Origin: an uncultured Pseudomonadota bacterium
GTDB taxonomy: Bacteria > Pseudomonadota > Alphaproteobacteria > JACZXZ01
Length of the DNA: 64,000 nucleotides
Direction of reading: 5' to 3'
Assembly: GCA_963749075.1 (NCBI GenBank)
Contig: CAVVLJ010000020.1
Location: forward strand, 32,001-96,000
The number at the start of each line of letters is the position of its first letter. Position 1 is the first letter of the stretch. The notes beneath the pieces are model-generated. The model saw only the letters and a program-made list of their open reading frames with translations. It made no database searches and was not told where the DNA came from. Both the position numbers and the translations under genes were made by a program. Below, in pieces: positions 9,774-18,802 of this stretch.

Positions 9774-9801
9774 GCGAGGTGCTGCGGCTCTATTCCGCCG
9801 C

Positions 9802-11715
9802 CTACTGGCCTAACATGAAGCCGTCGTACTTATCCAGGGGGCCCGCATTCTTCGCGTCCGACTCGTTGTCCCCGTGATACCAATTCCATGCGTTCATAAG
9901 ACCTGTCTTCACGCCCAGGCCATTCACGTAGAGCCAGCTGACGTTCCTCTGCGCCTGGTGATAGTTCTGCTGGGCGGCCTTGAGGAACCAGCGCATGGCT
10001 TCCTCGTAGTCCCTCGGCACGCCGAGGCCTCTCCCGTAGATCACGCCGATGCGGTTCTGCGCCCGGGCGAGTCCTTGATCCGCGGCCATGCGGTACCATC
10101 GCATCGCCTCGGTATAATCCTTCGCCACGCCCAATCCGTTGGCGTAAAGCACGCCGACGCTGTATTGCGCTTTGGCATCGCCCTGCTCCGCAGCGGCGCG
10201 ATACCACCTCATCGCTTCTGCGTAATCCTTCCTGCGCACGGCGTCATTGCCCTTGCGGTTGGCGTCTTCTGCTGAAATCGCAGGCACTGACGCCTGCTGC
10301 CGGGGCACGGACAGCGTCTCCGCCGGTTGCTTGACTTTGGAGTCCGGGAGCGCGGCGTTCTCGCGCAAGTTCTGCACCGGCCGGCGCGCCGGCGGCTCTT
10401 CCGATATTTCCGTCTCCGACACGCGCTCGGACATCGGGCTCGAACTCTGCAGTTCCGGCTTCGCTTCCGCCGAGCCTTCCTGATCCTGAATTGGTGCCGC
10501 CGGCGATGCCAACGCCAGCTTCAGCTTTTCGATCCGGCGCCGCGCCAAGCCTGCGAACTTCCCCTTGGGGTACTCCCGGAGGTACTCCTCGAAGAGATCG
10601 GCGTCCTCAGAATCCTTGACCGAATTCCAGAAGACGATCTCCGCCTCGCCGGCGGTGCTCGGCGCGGCCGGCGCCGGTGCAGGTGCGACAGTCTGCGGCG
10701 CGGGCGTCGGCTTGGCGGCGGATCGAGCCAGCTCCCTGATTTTGTATCTGGCCAAGCCCGCGAACCTTCCCGCCGGAAATTGCCGGAGATATTCCTGGAA
10801 GGCCTCCGGATTCCTCTCGTCCATGACGGACTTCCAGAACTCGAGTTCCGCCACGTCGCCGCTGCCGGACGCCGGCGCAGGTTGCTGCGGCGCTGTCGCG
10901 GCCGCCGCGGGCTGACCGGAACCGCCAAAGTAGAATGCGCCCTCGATCGGCGAGCTCGCCAGATATGGTTGCTGCGAGCCTTTCGTGTCGCGTCGGACGG
11001 TCACGCCCACCTCGTTGAACATGGGGAGGATATCGAGGCCGCGCCTTTTCATCGTCCCGGCCAGCGCTTTCGTATAGGGACTGTTTCCCCCGGCGGGACC
11101 ATCGCTTGCGACGTTCCCGGGCTCCGTCGCATAGGAGATCAGCGTGCCATTGGCATTCGATGCCTCCATCGGGGCGAGCCCGTGCTGTCCGACGATTCGA
11201 AGGCCGCGAGAGTCTCCGCGGCCGAAGGGATTGTCGCGGCAGGAGTCGAGGATCATGACCTTGAGCCACGCTCCGGAAGCCTCCATCTGGCTCAGCACGA
11301 GATCGACTTTGACAAGCTCCAAGTCCGCGTCCGCGGCCTGTCTTGGATTGGCCTCGATCGGCAGGAGATAGTTGGCGGCTTGCAGCTGCAGCGCATGGCC
11401 GGCAAAGTAGAAGACCGCCACAGAGCTTGGGCCGAGCTGTTCGCGGAACGATCTGATCGCTGCAATAAACGCGGTCTGGTCGAGGTTCAGAAGCGCGCGA
11501 TCCCCCACCAGGGTGAAGCCCAGCCCCTGCAACGTGCTTGCCATGAGCCTGGCGTCATTGAGCGTGTTCTCGAGGCGCGGGGCATGCTTGTAAGCCGCGT
11601 TCCCAATAACCAGTGCGACGCGCCGCTCCGGTGCGGCCGCCAAGGCAAGCCCCGCGAGCAGCACGAGCGCCGCGGCCAAGCTCCCGCGGAATGCGATTCG
11701 GAGAAGCCCCCGCAC
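9802..11715 (-). CDS. Exported caspase-like (peptidase C14) protein with two helical repeats and C-terminal SEL1 repeats
   Basis: GTG start with signal peptide, RVALVIGNAAY, FYFAGHA, ILDSCRDNPF, AEQGDAKAQYSVGVLYANGLGV repeats. Confidence 0.85.
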   Translation of the reverse strand: MRGLLRIAFRGSLAAALVLLAGLALAAAPERRVALVIGNAAYKHAPRLENTLNDARLMASTLQGLGFTLVGDRALLNLDQTAFIAAIRSFREQLGPSSVAVFYFAGHALQLQAANYLLPIEANPRQAADADLELVKVDLVLSQMEASGAWLKVMILDSCRDNPFGRGDSRGLRIVGQHGLAPMEASNANGTLISYATEPGNVASDGPAGGNSPYTKALAGTMKRRGLDILPMFNEVGVTVRRDTKGSQQPYLASSPIEGAFYFGGSGQPAAAATAPQQPAPASGSGDVAELEFWKSVMDERNPEAFQEYLRQFPAGRFAGLARYKIRELARSAAKPTPAPQTVAPAPAPAAPSTAGEAEIVFWNSVKDSEDADLFEEYLREYPKGKFAGLARRRIEKLKLALASPAAPIQDQEGSAEAKPELQSSSPMSERVSETEISEEPPARRPVQNLRENAALPDSKVKQPAETLSVPRQQASVPAISAEDANRKGNDAVRRKDYAEAMRWYRAAAEQGDAKAQYSVGVLYANGLGVAKDYTEAMRWYRMAADQGLARAQNRIGVIYGRGLGVPRDYEEAMRWFLKAAQQNYHQAQRNVSWLYVNGLGVKTGLMNAWNWYHGDNESDAKNAGPLDKYDGFMLGQ

Positions 11716-11908
11716 CCCCGACCCCCCAGGCCAAGATCTCGCAGACCCCGCTTCCTGTTGCCCGCAATGGTAGCATAGTCTGCCTCGGGCCGCGAGTTCT
11801 TGCGCGCCCGACAGTCGTGCGCGCCCGCAGCAGGCAGAGCGATGCCCGCAGCGCGCACTTGCGCTATGATGGCGCTTCTGCGAGCCGCAAGCGCCGGAGG
11901 CTTGACCC

Positions 11909-12304
11909 ATGAGCATCGCCATCGACCGCATCGACCACGTCGTGCTCAATTGCCGCAACGTCGAGGCGACCGCCGCCTGGTACGTGCGCGCGCTCGGCAT
12001 GGCGCGCGAGCGCTTCGGCCCGGAGCTGCGCACGGCGCTCAAGTTCGGCCGGCAGAAGCTCAACCTGCGGCCGAGCGGAGCCGCCAACTGGGAGACGGGG
12101 GCGGTCGATGCGCCGGGTGCTCTCGACCTTTGCTTCATCACCTCGGCTGCGCCGCAGGAGGTACTGGCGCATCTCGAGAGCTGCGGCATTGCCGTCTCGG
12201 CCGGACCGGTGACGCGGACCGGTGCGCTCGGGCCGATGACCTCGGTCTATTGCCGCGATCCCGACGGCAACCTCGTCGAGATCGCCTCCTATCCGGCGGC
12301 CTGA
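11909..12304 (+). CDS. VOC/glyoxalase family protein
   Basis: IDHVVL, QKLNL, DLCFIT, GPVTRTGALGPMTSVYCRDPDGNLVEI. Confidence 0.9.
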   Translation: MSIAIDRIDHVVLNCRNVEATAAWYVRALGMARERFGPELRTALKFGRQKLNLRPSGAANWETGAVDAPGALDLCFITSAAPQEVLAHLESCGIAVSAGPVTRTGALGPMTSVYCRDPDGNLVEIASYPAA

Positions 12305-12432
12305 GCGCCGCGAGAGTCAGGCAAACTCGAGGTGCCGCACCTGCTTCAGAGCGTCGCACCACGTGGCGCGGGACGCTCCAAGCCGCTAGTATGCGGAGGC
12401 GTTTCGGCCGCACTTGCGAGGACCGCCGGTTC

Positions 12433-14145
12433 ATGAGTTCGGCAGAGCTCCCGCCTTCCCCATCCCACTCGAGGGGAGAGGGGAGAGATGCCACGGCGGC
12501 CGATCCTCGGCCGCTCATCGCGCGCGCGCGCGAGCACCATCGCGCCGGGCGGATCGCCGCGGCGGAGGAGCTCTACAAGGAGGTTGCGCGAGGCTGGCCG
12601 GGTGCGGCCGAGGCGCGCCGTCTCCTCGGCGTCTTCTACGCCCGCACCGGGCGCGCAGAGCTCGCGCTCGAGGAGCTCGGCACAGCACAGCGCCTGGCGC
12701 CGGGCAATCCCGTCTATCTCAACGATCTGGGCCACGCCTATCTCGGGCTCGAGCGCCTCGGCGAGGCGGCCGAGGCCTACCGCCGGGCGATCGAGCTGCG
12801 CCCCGACTTCGCCGATGCGCACTACAATCTCGGCAACATCCAGCGACTTCTGGGCAGGCTCGATGAGGCGGTCGCGGCCTACCGGCGTGCCGTCGCCATC
12901 AATCCGGCAGCCCTCCCGGCTTACATCAACCTCGGCATCACGCTCCAGCAGCTCGCGGCTTTCGACGAGGCCGTAGAGGCGCTGCGCCAGGCCACGGCCA
13001 TCGACCCCCGCTCGTTCGACGCGCATTACAATCTCGCCGTCGTGCTCGCCACGCAGCGCCGTCTCGACGAAGCGATCGAGGCCTACCGCAACGCCCTCCT
13101 GATCAGGCCGGAGGCGGCCTCGGTTCACCTCAACATCGGCATGGCGCTCCAGGGCCAGGACAAGATCGATGAGGCGATCGTCTGCTTCGAGCGCGCCATT
13201 GCCCTTGATCCGGCTCTCGCCTTGGCGCACGTCAATCTCGGTGCCGTGCTTTACGAGATGGGCGACTTCCCGGCGGCGCTCGGCGCCATCCGCCGCGCCA
13301 TCGAGCTCGAGCCGCAAAACGCGCTCACCCACGTCAATCTCGCCCAGACGCTGCAGGCGCTGGGCGACCTGCCGGGCGCACTCGCGGCATTCCGCCGCGG
13401 GCTCGAGCTGGAGCCGGCACTCACCACCGCGAAGGCGCACTGGTCGATCGCCCTCCAGATGGCCGGCAAGTGGGACGAGGCGCTGTCCCTGGTCGACTAT
13501 CCGGCTCTCCTGAGGACGCGGCGGCTCGAGGCGGTGGAGGGTTGGCCGACGGTTGCCGCCTTCAATGCCGACCTCGCGCGCTACATCTGCCGCCATCCGA
13601 CCCTCATGCGCAACCCGCCGGAGAGGGCCACCCAGAACGGCAGCCAGACCTTGGAAATCCTCAATTGCGACGACCCGGAGGTGGTCGGCTTGCAGCGCTT
13701 CATCGAGGAGTCCGTGCGCGAATACATCGCGACGGTGTTGGCGCCGGGCACGCACCCCTTCGCCCCGCCGCCGCCCGCGGCCTGGCGGCTCCAAGGCTGG
13801 GCCGTCGTGCTGCCCGAGAGCGGCTATCAGACGCCGCACTTCCACCGCGAAGGGGTGGCGAGCGGCGTCTATTACGTGCAGATACCCGAGGTCGTGAAGA
13901 CCGGCCAGACGGGTCAGGCCGGCTACATCAAATTCGGCCCGCCCATCGACGGCACGCCGGGTGCGAGGTCCGAGGATACGCCGCTCAGCAAGGTGATCCG
14001 GCCCGAGGAGGGCATGATCGTCCTCTTCCCCGCCTATTTCTGGCACTACACCATCCCCTTCGAGAGCCGCGAGGAGCGCATCTGCGTCGCCTTCGACGTG
14101 ATCGCCGAGCCGCCGCCCGAGGCGAGGCTCCGCCGCCGCGCCTGA
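12433..14145 (+). CDS. TPR-repeat protein with C-terminal putative 2OG-Fe(II) oxygenase domain
   Basis: Many AHYNLG/AHVNLG TPR repeats; C-terminal PHFH...SGVYY...LFPAYFWHYT...RICVAFD. Confidence 0.85.
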   Translation: MSSAELPPSPSHSRGEGRDATAADPRPLIARAREHHRAGRIAAAEELYKEVARGWPGAAEARRLLGVFYARTGRAELALEELGTAQRLAPGNPVYLNDLGHAYLGLERLGEAAEAYRRAIELRPDFADAHYNLGNIQRLLGRLDEAVAAYRRAVAINPAALPAYINLGITLQQLAAFDEAVEALRQATAIDPRSFDAHYNLAVVLATQRRLDEAIEAYRNALLIRPEAASVHLNIGMALQGQDKIDEAIVCFERAIALDPALALAHVNLGAVLYEMGDFPAALGAIRRAIELEPQNALTHVNLAQTLQALGDLPGALAAFRRGLELEPALTTAKAHWSIALQMAGKWDEALSLVDYPALLRTRRLEAVEGWPTVAAFNADLARYICRHPTLMRNPPERATQNGSQTLEILNCDDPEVVGLQRFIEESVREYIATVLAPGTHPFAPPPPAAWRLQGWAVVLPESGYQTPHFHREGVASGVYYVQIPEVVKTGQTGQAGYIKFGPPIDGTPGARSEDTPLSKVIRPEEGMIVLFPAYFWHYTIPFESREERICVAFDVIAEPPPEARLRRRA

Positions 14146-14342
14146 GCGGGCCACATGTAAAGCATCTCGAGGGGAAGCTGTGGGAATTGCGGCTGACGGG
14201 CCGCGACGGAATAGCCCGGGCACTTTACCTCACCGCGGTCGGCCGCCGGGTCGTCGTGGTCAGGGCTTTCGTGAAGAAGACGCAAAAGACGCCGCGCAGC
14301 GAGATCGAGCTTGCGCTGCGCCGGGCACAGGAAATCGCATGA
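14146..14342 (+). pseudogene. RelE/ParE (Gp49/HigB-like) toxin, 5'-truncated
   Basis: PHVKHLEGKLWELRLTGRDGIARALY...AFVKKTQKTPRSEIELA is the C-terminal half; no start codon or N-terminal half after the TPR gene stop. Confidence 0.8.
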
Positions 14343-14620
14343 CCATACCATTCGAGAAACTCAAGGCTCGTCTGCTGGCCAACCTCAAGGTCAAGGCCGA
14401 ATATGACGCGCTCGCCCCGGAGTTCGAGATTTCCGCCGAACTGCTCAAGGCTCGCCTGCGCGCCGGGCTGTCCCAGGCTGAACTAGCCGCCCGCATGGGG
14501 ACCAGCCAGTCCGCCGTCGCCCGGCTCGAAAGCGGGCAGACGCTGCCCAGCGCCAAGACGCTGCTGCGCTATGCCCGGGCGACCGGCAGCAAGTTTCACT
14601 TGCGGCTATCGGCGGCTTGA
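14339..14620 (+). CDS. XRE/HigA-like HTH antitoxin
   Basis: EYDALAPEFEI...ARLRAGLSQAELAARMGTSQSAVARLESG; ATGA overlap with the toxin fragment. Confidence 0.9.
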   Translation: MTIPFEKLKARLLANLKVKAEYDALAPEFEISAELLKARLRAGLSQAELAARMGTSQSAVARLESGQTLPSAKTLLRYARATGSKFHLRLSAA

Positions 14621-14804
14621 TGCGCTGATTGCGCAAGCGAGGCGGTGCGGTGGAGTACGCGGCCGCCTGCGATATCCCGAATTGGCCCGCAGTTGGTTCT
14701 ATGATGGTTGCGGGGGCGTGTATTGGCCGCGAGCGACATTCGCCAAAGGTGCGAGTTTGAAGGCGCCAATTCGGGGATCGCCGAGCCCCTGCTTGAAATT
14801 CGAC

Positions 14805-14822
14805 CAGAATATTCATATTCTG
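14805..14822. promoter_or_regulatory. Inverted repeat, likely operator of the phd-vapC module
   Basis: CAGAATAT-tc-ATATTCTG just upstream of the antitoxin RBS. Confidence 0.6.
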
Positions 14823-14848
14823 ATCTGTCAGGACAGAAGGTAATTTCC

Positions 14849-15094
14849 ATGGCAACTTGGCAAGTCCAGGAGGCAAAGACGCGGCTCAGCGAGGTGATCG
14901 AGCGTGCCCGTAAGGAGGGGCCGCAGACGATCACCCGTCACGGCGCCGAGCGCGCGGTCGTGCTTTCGATCGAGGACTATCGCGCCTTGGCAGCGCACAA
15001 GCCGGACTTCAAGGCGCATTTGCTCGGCGGTCCCAAGGTCGACGACTTTGCCGTCGAGCGCGCGCGCGATACCGGCCGTACCGTTGAGCTTTAA
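14849..15094 (+). CDS. Phd/YefM family antitoxin
   Basis: WQVQEAKTRLSEVIERARKEGPQTITRHG. Confidence 0.9.
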   Translation: MATWQVQEAKTRLSEVIERARKEGPQTITRHGAERAVVLSIEDYRALAAHKPDFKAHLLGGPKVDDFAVERARDTGRTVEL

Positions 15095-15096
15095 GC

Positions 15097-15516
15097 GTGG
15101 CGGCGGGCTATCTTCTCGACACCAACGTCATCTCGGAGACGCGCAAAACCCGGCCCGATCCCGGCGTGATGGCCTTTCTCTCGGCGGCCGATGCGGCTGG
15201 ATTGTTCCTCAGCGTGCTGACCCTGGGAGAGTTGCGTCAGGTCATCGAAGCCAAGCGCCGAACCGATCCCGTTGCCGCCGATCGGCTTGGCGCATGGCTG
15301 GACGGCATCGAGACGACCTTCGCCGATCACGTGCTTCCTGTCGATAGCGCGGCAGCGCGACGTTGGGGCGAGCTGCCGGCCGGCCGGAGCCTCCCGGTGA
15401 TCGATACGCTGGTTGCGGCTACTGCGATTTGCCATGGCCTCACGTTGGTCACGCGCGATACCCGCGACCTCGGGTCGACGGGCGTTCCGCTCGTCGACCC
15501 CTGGCAGGTTCGCTGA
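15097..15516 (+). CDS. vapC: VapC PIN-domain toxin
   Basis: YLLDTNVISE, LTLGEL, PVIDTLVAATA, LVTRD; acidic tetrad present. Confidence 0.9.
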   Translation: MAAGYLLDTNVISETRKTRPDPGVMAFLSAADAAGLFLSVLTLGELRQVIEAKRRTDPVAADRLGAWLDGIETTFADHVLPVDSAAARRWGELPAGRSLPVIDTLVAATAICHGLTLVTRDTRDLGSTGVPLVDPWQVR

Positions 15517-15522
15517 GGAAGG

Positions 15523-16818
15523 CTAGCGAGGCACGTGCTTCCCCGACGCCCGGCGCATGATGCGACGGAGCATAGGCCAGACGACGATGACGGCGGCGGT
15601 CAGCTCGAGGGTGAGGCAAGCCGCGAGCGCCGTCGAGTAGTCGCCCTGCGCCCGCCGCAGATAACCGAGCAATGCGGGTCCGAAGGCGAACTGATTGATG
15701 GCGACCATCAGGCTGACCACCCGCGAGAAATGCTGCCTGGGGAACTCTTGCTGCACGATGAGCCCAGGGAGCGAGACCAGATTGCCGACGCCGAGGCCGA
15801 AGAGAGCGCAGCCGAGATAGAGCGCCGTCGCCGATGCATTCGACATCAAGAGCGCCATCCCGGCGATCTGGACGAGGAAGGTGCCGCATGCGGCTGCCCT
15901 GCGGTCGACCTTGTCGATGAAGAGGCCCGTGCCGATGCGGCCCGCCAGCGCCGAGAACGTCGTGAGACTGACCGCCCATCCGGCGCCGACGACGCCCAGG
16001 ATGGCAGAGAGGTAGGCGACCTGGTGCGTGAGGAAGCCGACCTGGGCCATGAGGCCGAGCGCGAACGGGATCGATATCGTATGGAAATGCCTGCTGCCGA
16101 GAGCCGTCGATAGCTTCCAAGGCGCTCCCTCCGCGCGAGGTGCCTTGTCCGGCGCTTGCGGCCGCGCCGCGTCGGGGCTGCCGTCCGCACGGTCGCGCTC
16201 GTGGGGGAGCTTCTGCCGAAAGACCAACGCCGCCGTCGGTAGCACGACGGCGAGCATCAGAGCGGCGGCACAAGCGAGGGCCGCGGTGAAACCGAGGCTG
16301 CGGATGAGAAAGATCAGAAGCGGTGCGATGACGATACCGCCCGCGCTGGCGCCGTTGAGCGCCAGGCTGATCGCGAGGCCGCGCCGCCGGTCGAACCAGG
16401 GCGCCACGATGATGTTGATGGCAGCGCCGCTCATCGCCGCCCAGCCCAACGACATGACCGCGAAGGCCCCGTAGATTTGCCAGGGATGGGCGACGCGCGC
16501 GAGGAGCACGACGCCGCCGGCCATCGCGGCAGCACCTGCGGCGACGACCTGGCGCGCGCCAAGGCGCTCGAAGATGCCGCCGGCAAAGAACACCAGCGTG
16601 GCGCCGAGAAGGTAATAGACCGTGATGGCGGAGGAGATCTCGGCGGCCAACCAGCCGCGGCGCGCTTGCAGTTCCACGAGATAGATGCCGGGACCGTAGA
16701 AGCCGATGCCCCAGCCGAAGAGGGCGATGACGAACGCCGCCCACACCACGAGCCAGCCGTGATTGACGCCGGGCCGGGTGGCGGAGGGGATGGTCTCGGC
16801 CGTGCAGCGGGTTTCCAT
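15523..16818 (-). CDS. MFS transporter
   Basis: About 12 hydrophobic segments, WFDRRRGLAISLALNG motif. Confidence 0.85.
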   Translation of the reverse strand: METRCTAETIPSATRPGVNHGWLVVWAAFVIALFGWGIGFYGPGIYLVELQARRGWLAAEISSAITVYYLLGATLVFFAGGIFERLGARQVVAAGAAAMAGGVVLLARVAHPWQIYGAFAVMSLGWAAMSGAAINIIVAPWFDRRRGLAISLALNGASAGGIVIAPLLIFLIRSLGFTAALACAAALMLAVVLPTAALVFRQKLPHERDRADGSPDAARPQAPDKAPRAEGAPWKLSTALGSRHFHTISIPFALGLMAQVGFLTHQVAYLSAILGVVGAGWAVSLTTFSALAGRIGTGLFIDKVDRRAAACGTFLVQIAGMALLMSNASATALYLGCALFGLGVGNLVSLPGLIVQQEFPRQHFSRVVSLMVAINQFAFGPALLGYLRRAQGDYSTALAACLTLELTAAVIVVWPMLRRIMRRASGKHVPR

Positions 16819-16897
16819 GCGCCGGAGCTTGATCGAAGCGCCGCCCGGTTGCTCGCCGTTTTCGGACGCGGTCCCCTGACCGGGTGCTATCCGATCC

Positions 16898-17476
16898 TCA
16901 CGCGCGCTCCTCCAGCCGGCGCACGATCTCGCGGGCGATCTCGGCCGGCCGGCCGCGGACGTCGACGGTGATCGGACGCTCGTCGGGCGTGGGCTCCTCC
17001 AGGGCGGCGAGCTGGCTCTCGAGCAGTGCTGCCGGCATGAAGTGCTCGTGCCGCCCCTCCAGGCGCCGGCGGATGAGGTCGTGCGATCCCTTGAGGAAGA
17101 CCAGCGCCACGTCCGGGCGGGGGCCTACGATGACGTCCCGGTAGGCTCGCTTCAGCGCCGAGCAGGTGATCACGCCGGGTTCTTTCCGCGCGCGCCAGCC
17201 GTCGATCTCCTCCGCGATGCTGCGCAGCCAGGGCATGCGGTCGGCATCCGTCAGGGGCGTGCCGCCCTGCATCTTCGCCACGTTCTCGCGCGGGTGCAGA
17301 TCGTCGCCCTCGCGGAACCGGCAGCCGAGGGTGGCGGCGAGCAGTGCCGAGACCGTGGTCTTGCCGGATCCGGAGACGCCCATGACCACGGCGATCACGG
17401 GCTTGGAGATCCTGTGCGCGAGTGCCGCGGACCGGAGCCGCTGAGGTGGGCGATCGCTGTCCATCATGCGTTCCAC
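16898..17476 (-). CDS. gntK: Gluconokinase (GntK/IdnK type)
   Basis: MGVSGSGKTT, EGDDLHP..NVAKM..G.PLTDADR.PWL, CSALKRAYRD, HFMPAALLESQ. Confidence 0.9.
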   Translation of the reverse strand: MERMMDSDRPPQRLRSAALAHRISKPVIAVVMGVSGSGKTTVSALLAATLGCRFREGDDLHPRENVAKMQGGTPLTDADRMPWLRSIAEEIDGWRARKEPGVITCSALKRAYRDVIVGPRPDVALVFLKGSHDLIRRRLEGRHEHFMPAALLESQLAALEEPTPDERPITVDVRGRPAEIAREIVRRLEERA

Positions 17477-17611
17477 CCTGACCTACGCTGGCGGCGGCCC
17501 GGACGCAATATCGTCGTGCTCCCGCTATGGGGTTCATGGGGGGACCATTCAGGATGGGCTCAAGGTCCTCGATCCTGGAGCGGCGCCAGAAGTCGAGCAG
17601 GGCACGCACCT

Positions 17612-18802
17612 CTAGCGGGCTTGGCGCGGCTGGAGCAGCATCCGCCCGTAGCACAGCGTGAAGACCCCGAAGGCGGCCATCCAAAGACTTGCCGAGGCGA
17701 TAAGAAGCGGCATGCTCCAACCCGCACCGAATGCAGCCGCGACACGCGCGATCGCCGCGAGGGTGACGAGGATGTAGATCAGGTTGGTGGCGCGATCCGC
17801 CGACAGATCGCGTCCGGTGTGGCCGCGCGTGGCACGCGTCATCACCGCCAGTATCATGGTACCTACTGCACCCGCCGCGAGGGCGTGGACGGCAGCGCTT
17901 TGCGGGAGATCGGCATCGAGCACGGCCAGACCGAGCAGGGCCGCAGCCAGCACCAGCCAGGCATAGCCGACATGGAGAACCAGGAGCAGCGGCTCCGCAG
18001 CCGTGGCTCGGCCGCGCCAGCGCAGCAGGCGCCAGAGGTTGAGCCCCGCAGCGAGCAACAGGAGCACGCCGACCGCGCGAGAAGCCGGCAAGAACGCCCA
18101 GCCGAACAGGCCGGCATGAAGGACGCCGAGAGCGGCGCGGTCGATCCGGCCGTGAGCGGCGGGGAGATCGGAGCCCGGGCGCTTCGCCAGCCAGTTCCGC
18201 GTGAAGCTCGGCACGATGCGGCCCGCCACCACGGATATCAGCACGATGACGGCGGCGAGCCCGAGACGCCACCCGAGCCCGTCGGGCACCGCTTTGCCAT
18301 CGGCCTCCAGGTGCATCAGAAGATTGGCGATGCCGAGAACGGCGACCGGCGCCACCACCGGCAGGCTGCGCCAGTTCCGCCCGGCAGCGACCTCTCTCAC
18401 GACGACGCCGGCCAGAGCGAGCGGAAAAGACAGGTCCGCCACGACCGCGAGCGGGAACGGGACGAGCGCCGAGACGAGACAGGCAATCCGGCCCAGCAGC
18501 CATAGCGCGGCCAGCGCGGCCAATGGCCCGCCGCTGACCGGAAGCCGCTGGGTCCAGTTCGGGACCGCGGTGAGCAGGAAGCCCGCGACGGCGGCCATCA
18601 CGAAGCCGAAGAGCATCTCGTGGATATGCCAGGCAAGCGGATCGAACCGGCTTGGCAAGGCCATGCCCGTCGCGAACATGACGATCCAGAGCGCCAGCGC
18701 CGCCGTCGACCACAGTCCGGCCGCGAGAAAGAACGGCCGGAAGCCCTGGGTCAGGAAGGCCGGCGCCGGACGGCTCGCCAGGCGTTCGGAATCAATGCTC
18801 AC
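17612..18802 (-). CDS. nnrS: NnrS family membrane protein
   Basis: GFRPFFL, WHIHEMLFGF, GFLLTAVPNWT, GRIVPSFTRNW, RATRGHTGR; GTG start. Confidence 0.92.
   Translation of the reverse strand: MSIDSERLASRPAPAFLTQGFRPFFLAAGLWSTAALALWIVMFATGMALPSRFDPLAWHIHEMLFGFVMAAVAGFLLTAVPNWTQRLPVSGGPLAALAALWLLGRIACLVSALVPFPLAVVADLSFPLALAGVVVREVAAGRNWRSLPVVAPVAVLGIANLLMHLEADGKAVPDGLGWRLGLAAVIVLISVVAGRIVPSFTRNWLAKRPGSDLPAAHGRIDRAALGVLHAGLFGWAFLPASRAVGVLLLLAAGLNLWRLLRWRGRATAAEPLLLVLHVGYAWLVLAAALLGLAVLDADLPQSAAVHALAAGAVGTMILAVMTRATRGHTGRDLSADRATNLIYILVTLAAIARVAAAFGAGWSMPLLIASASLWMAAFGVFTLCYGRMLLQPRQAR

Noticed and set aside
17540-17612. Minus-strand VRALLDFWRRSRIE, reminiscent of a LysR or Usg C-terminus
   Set aside because: Too short to assign
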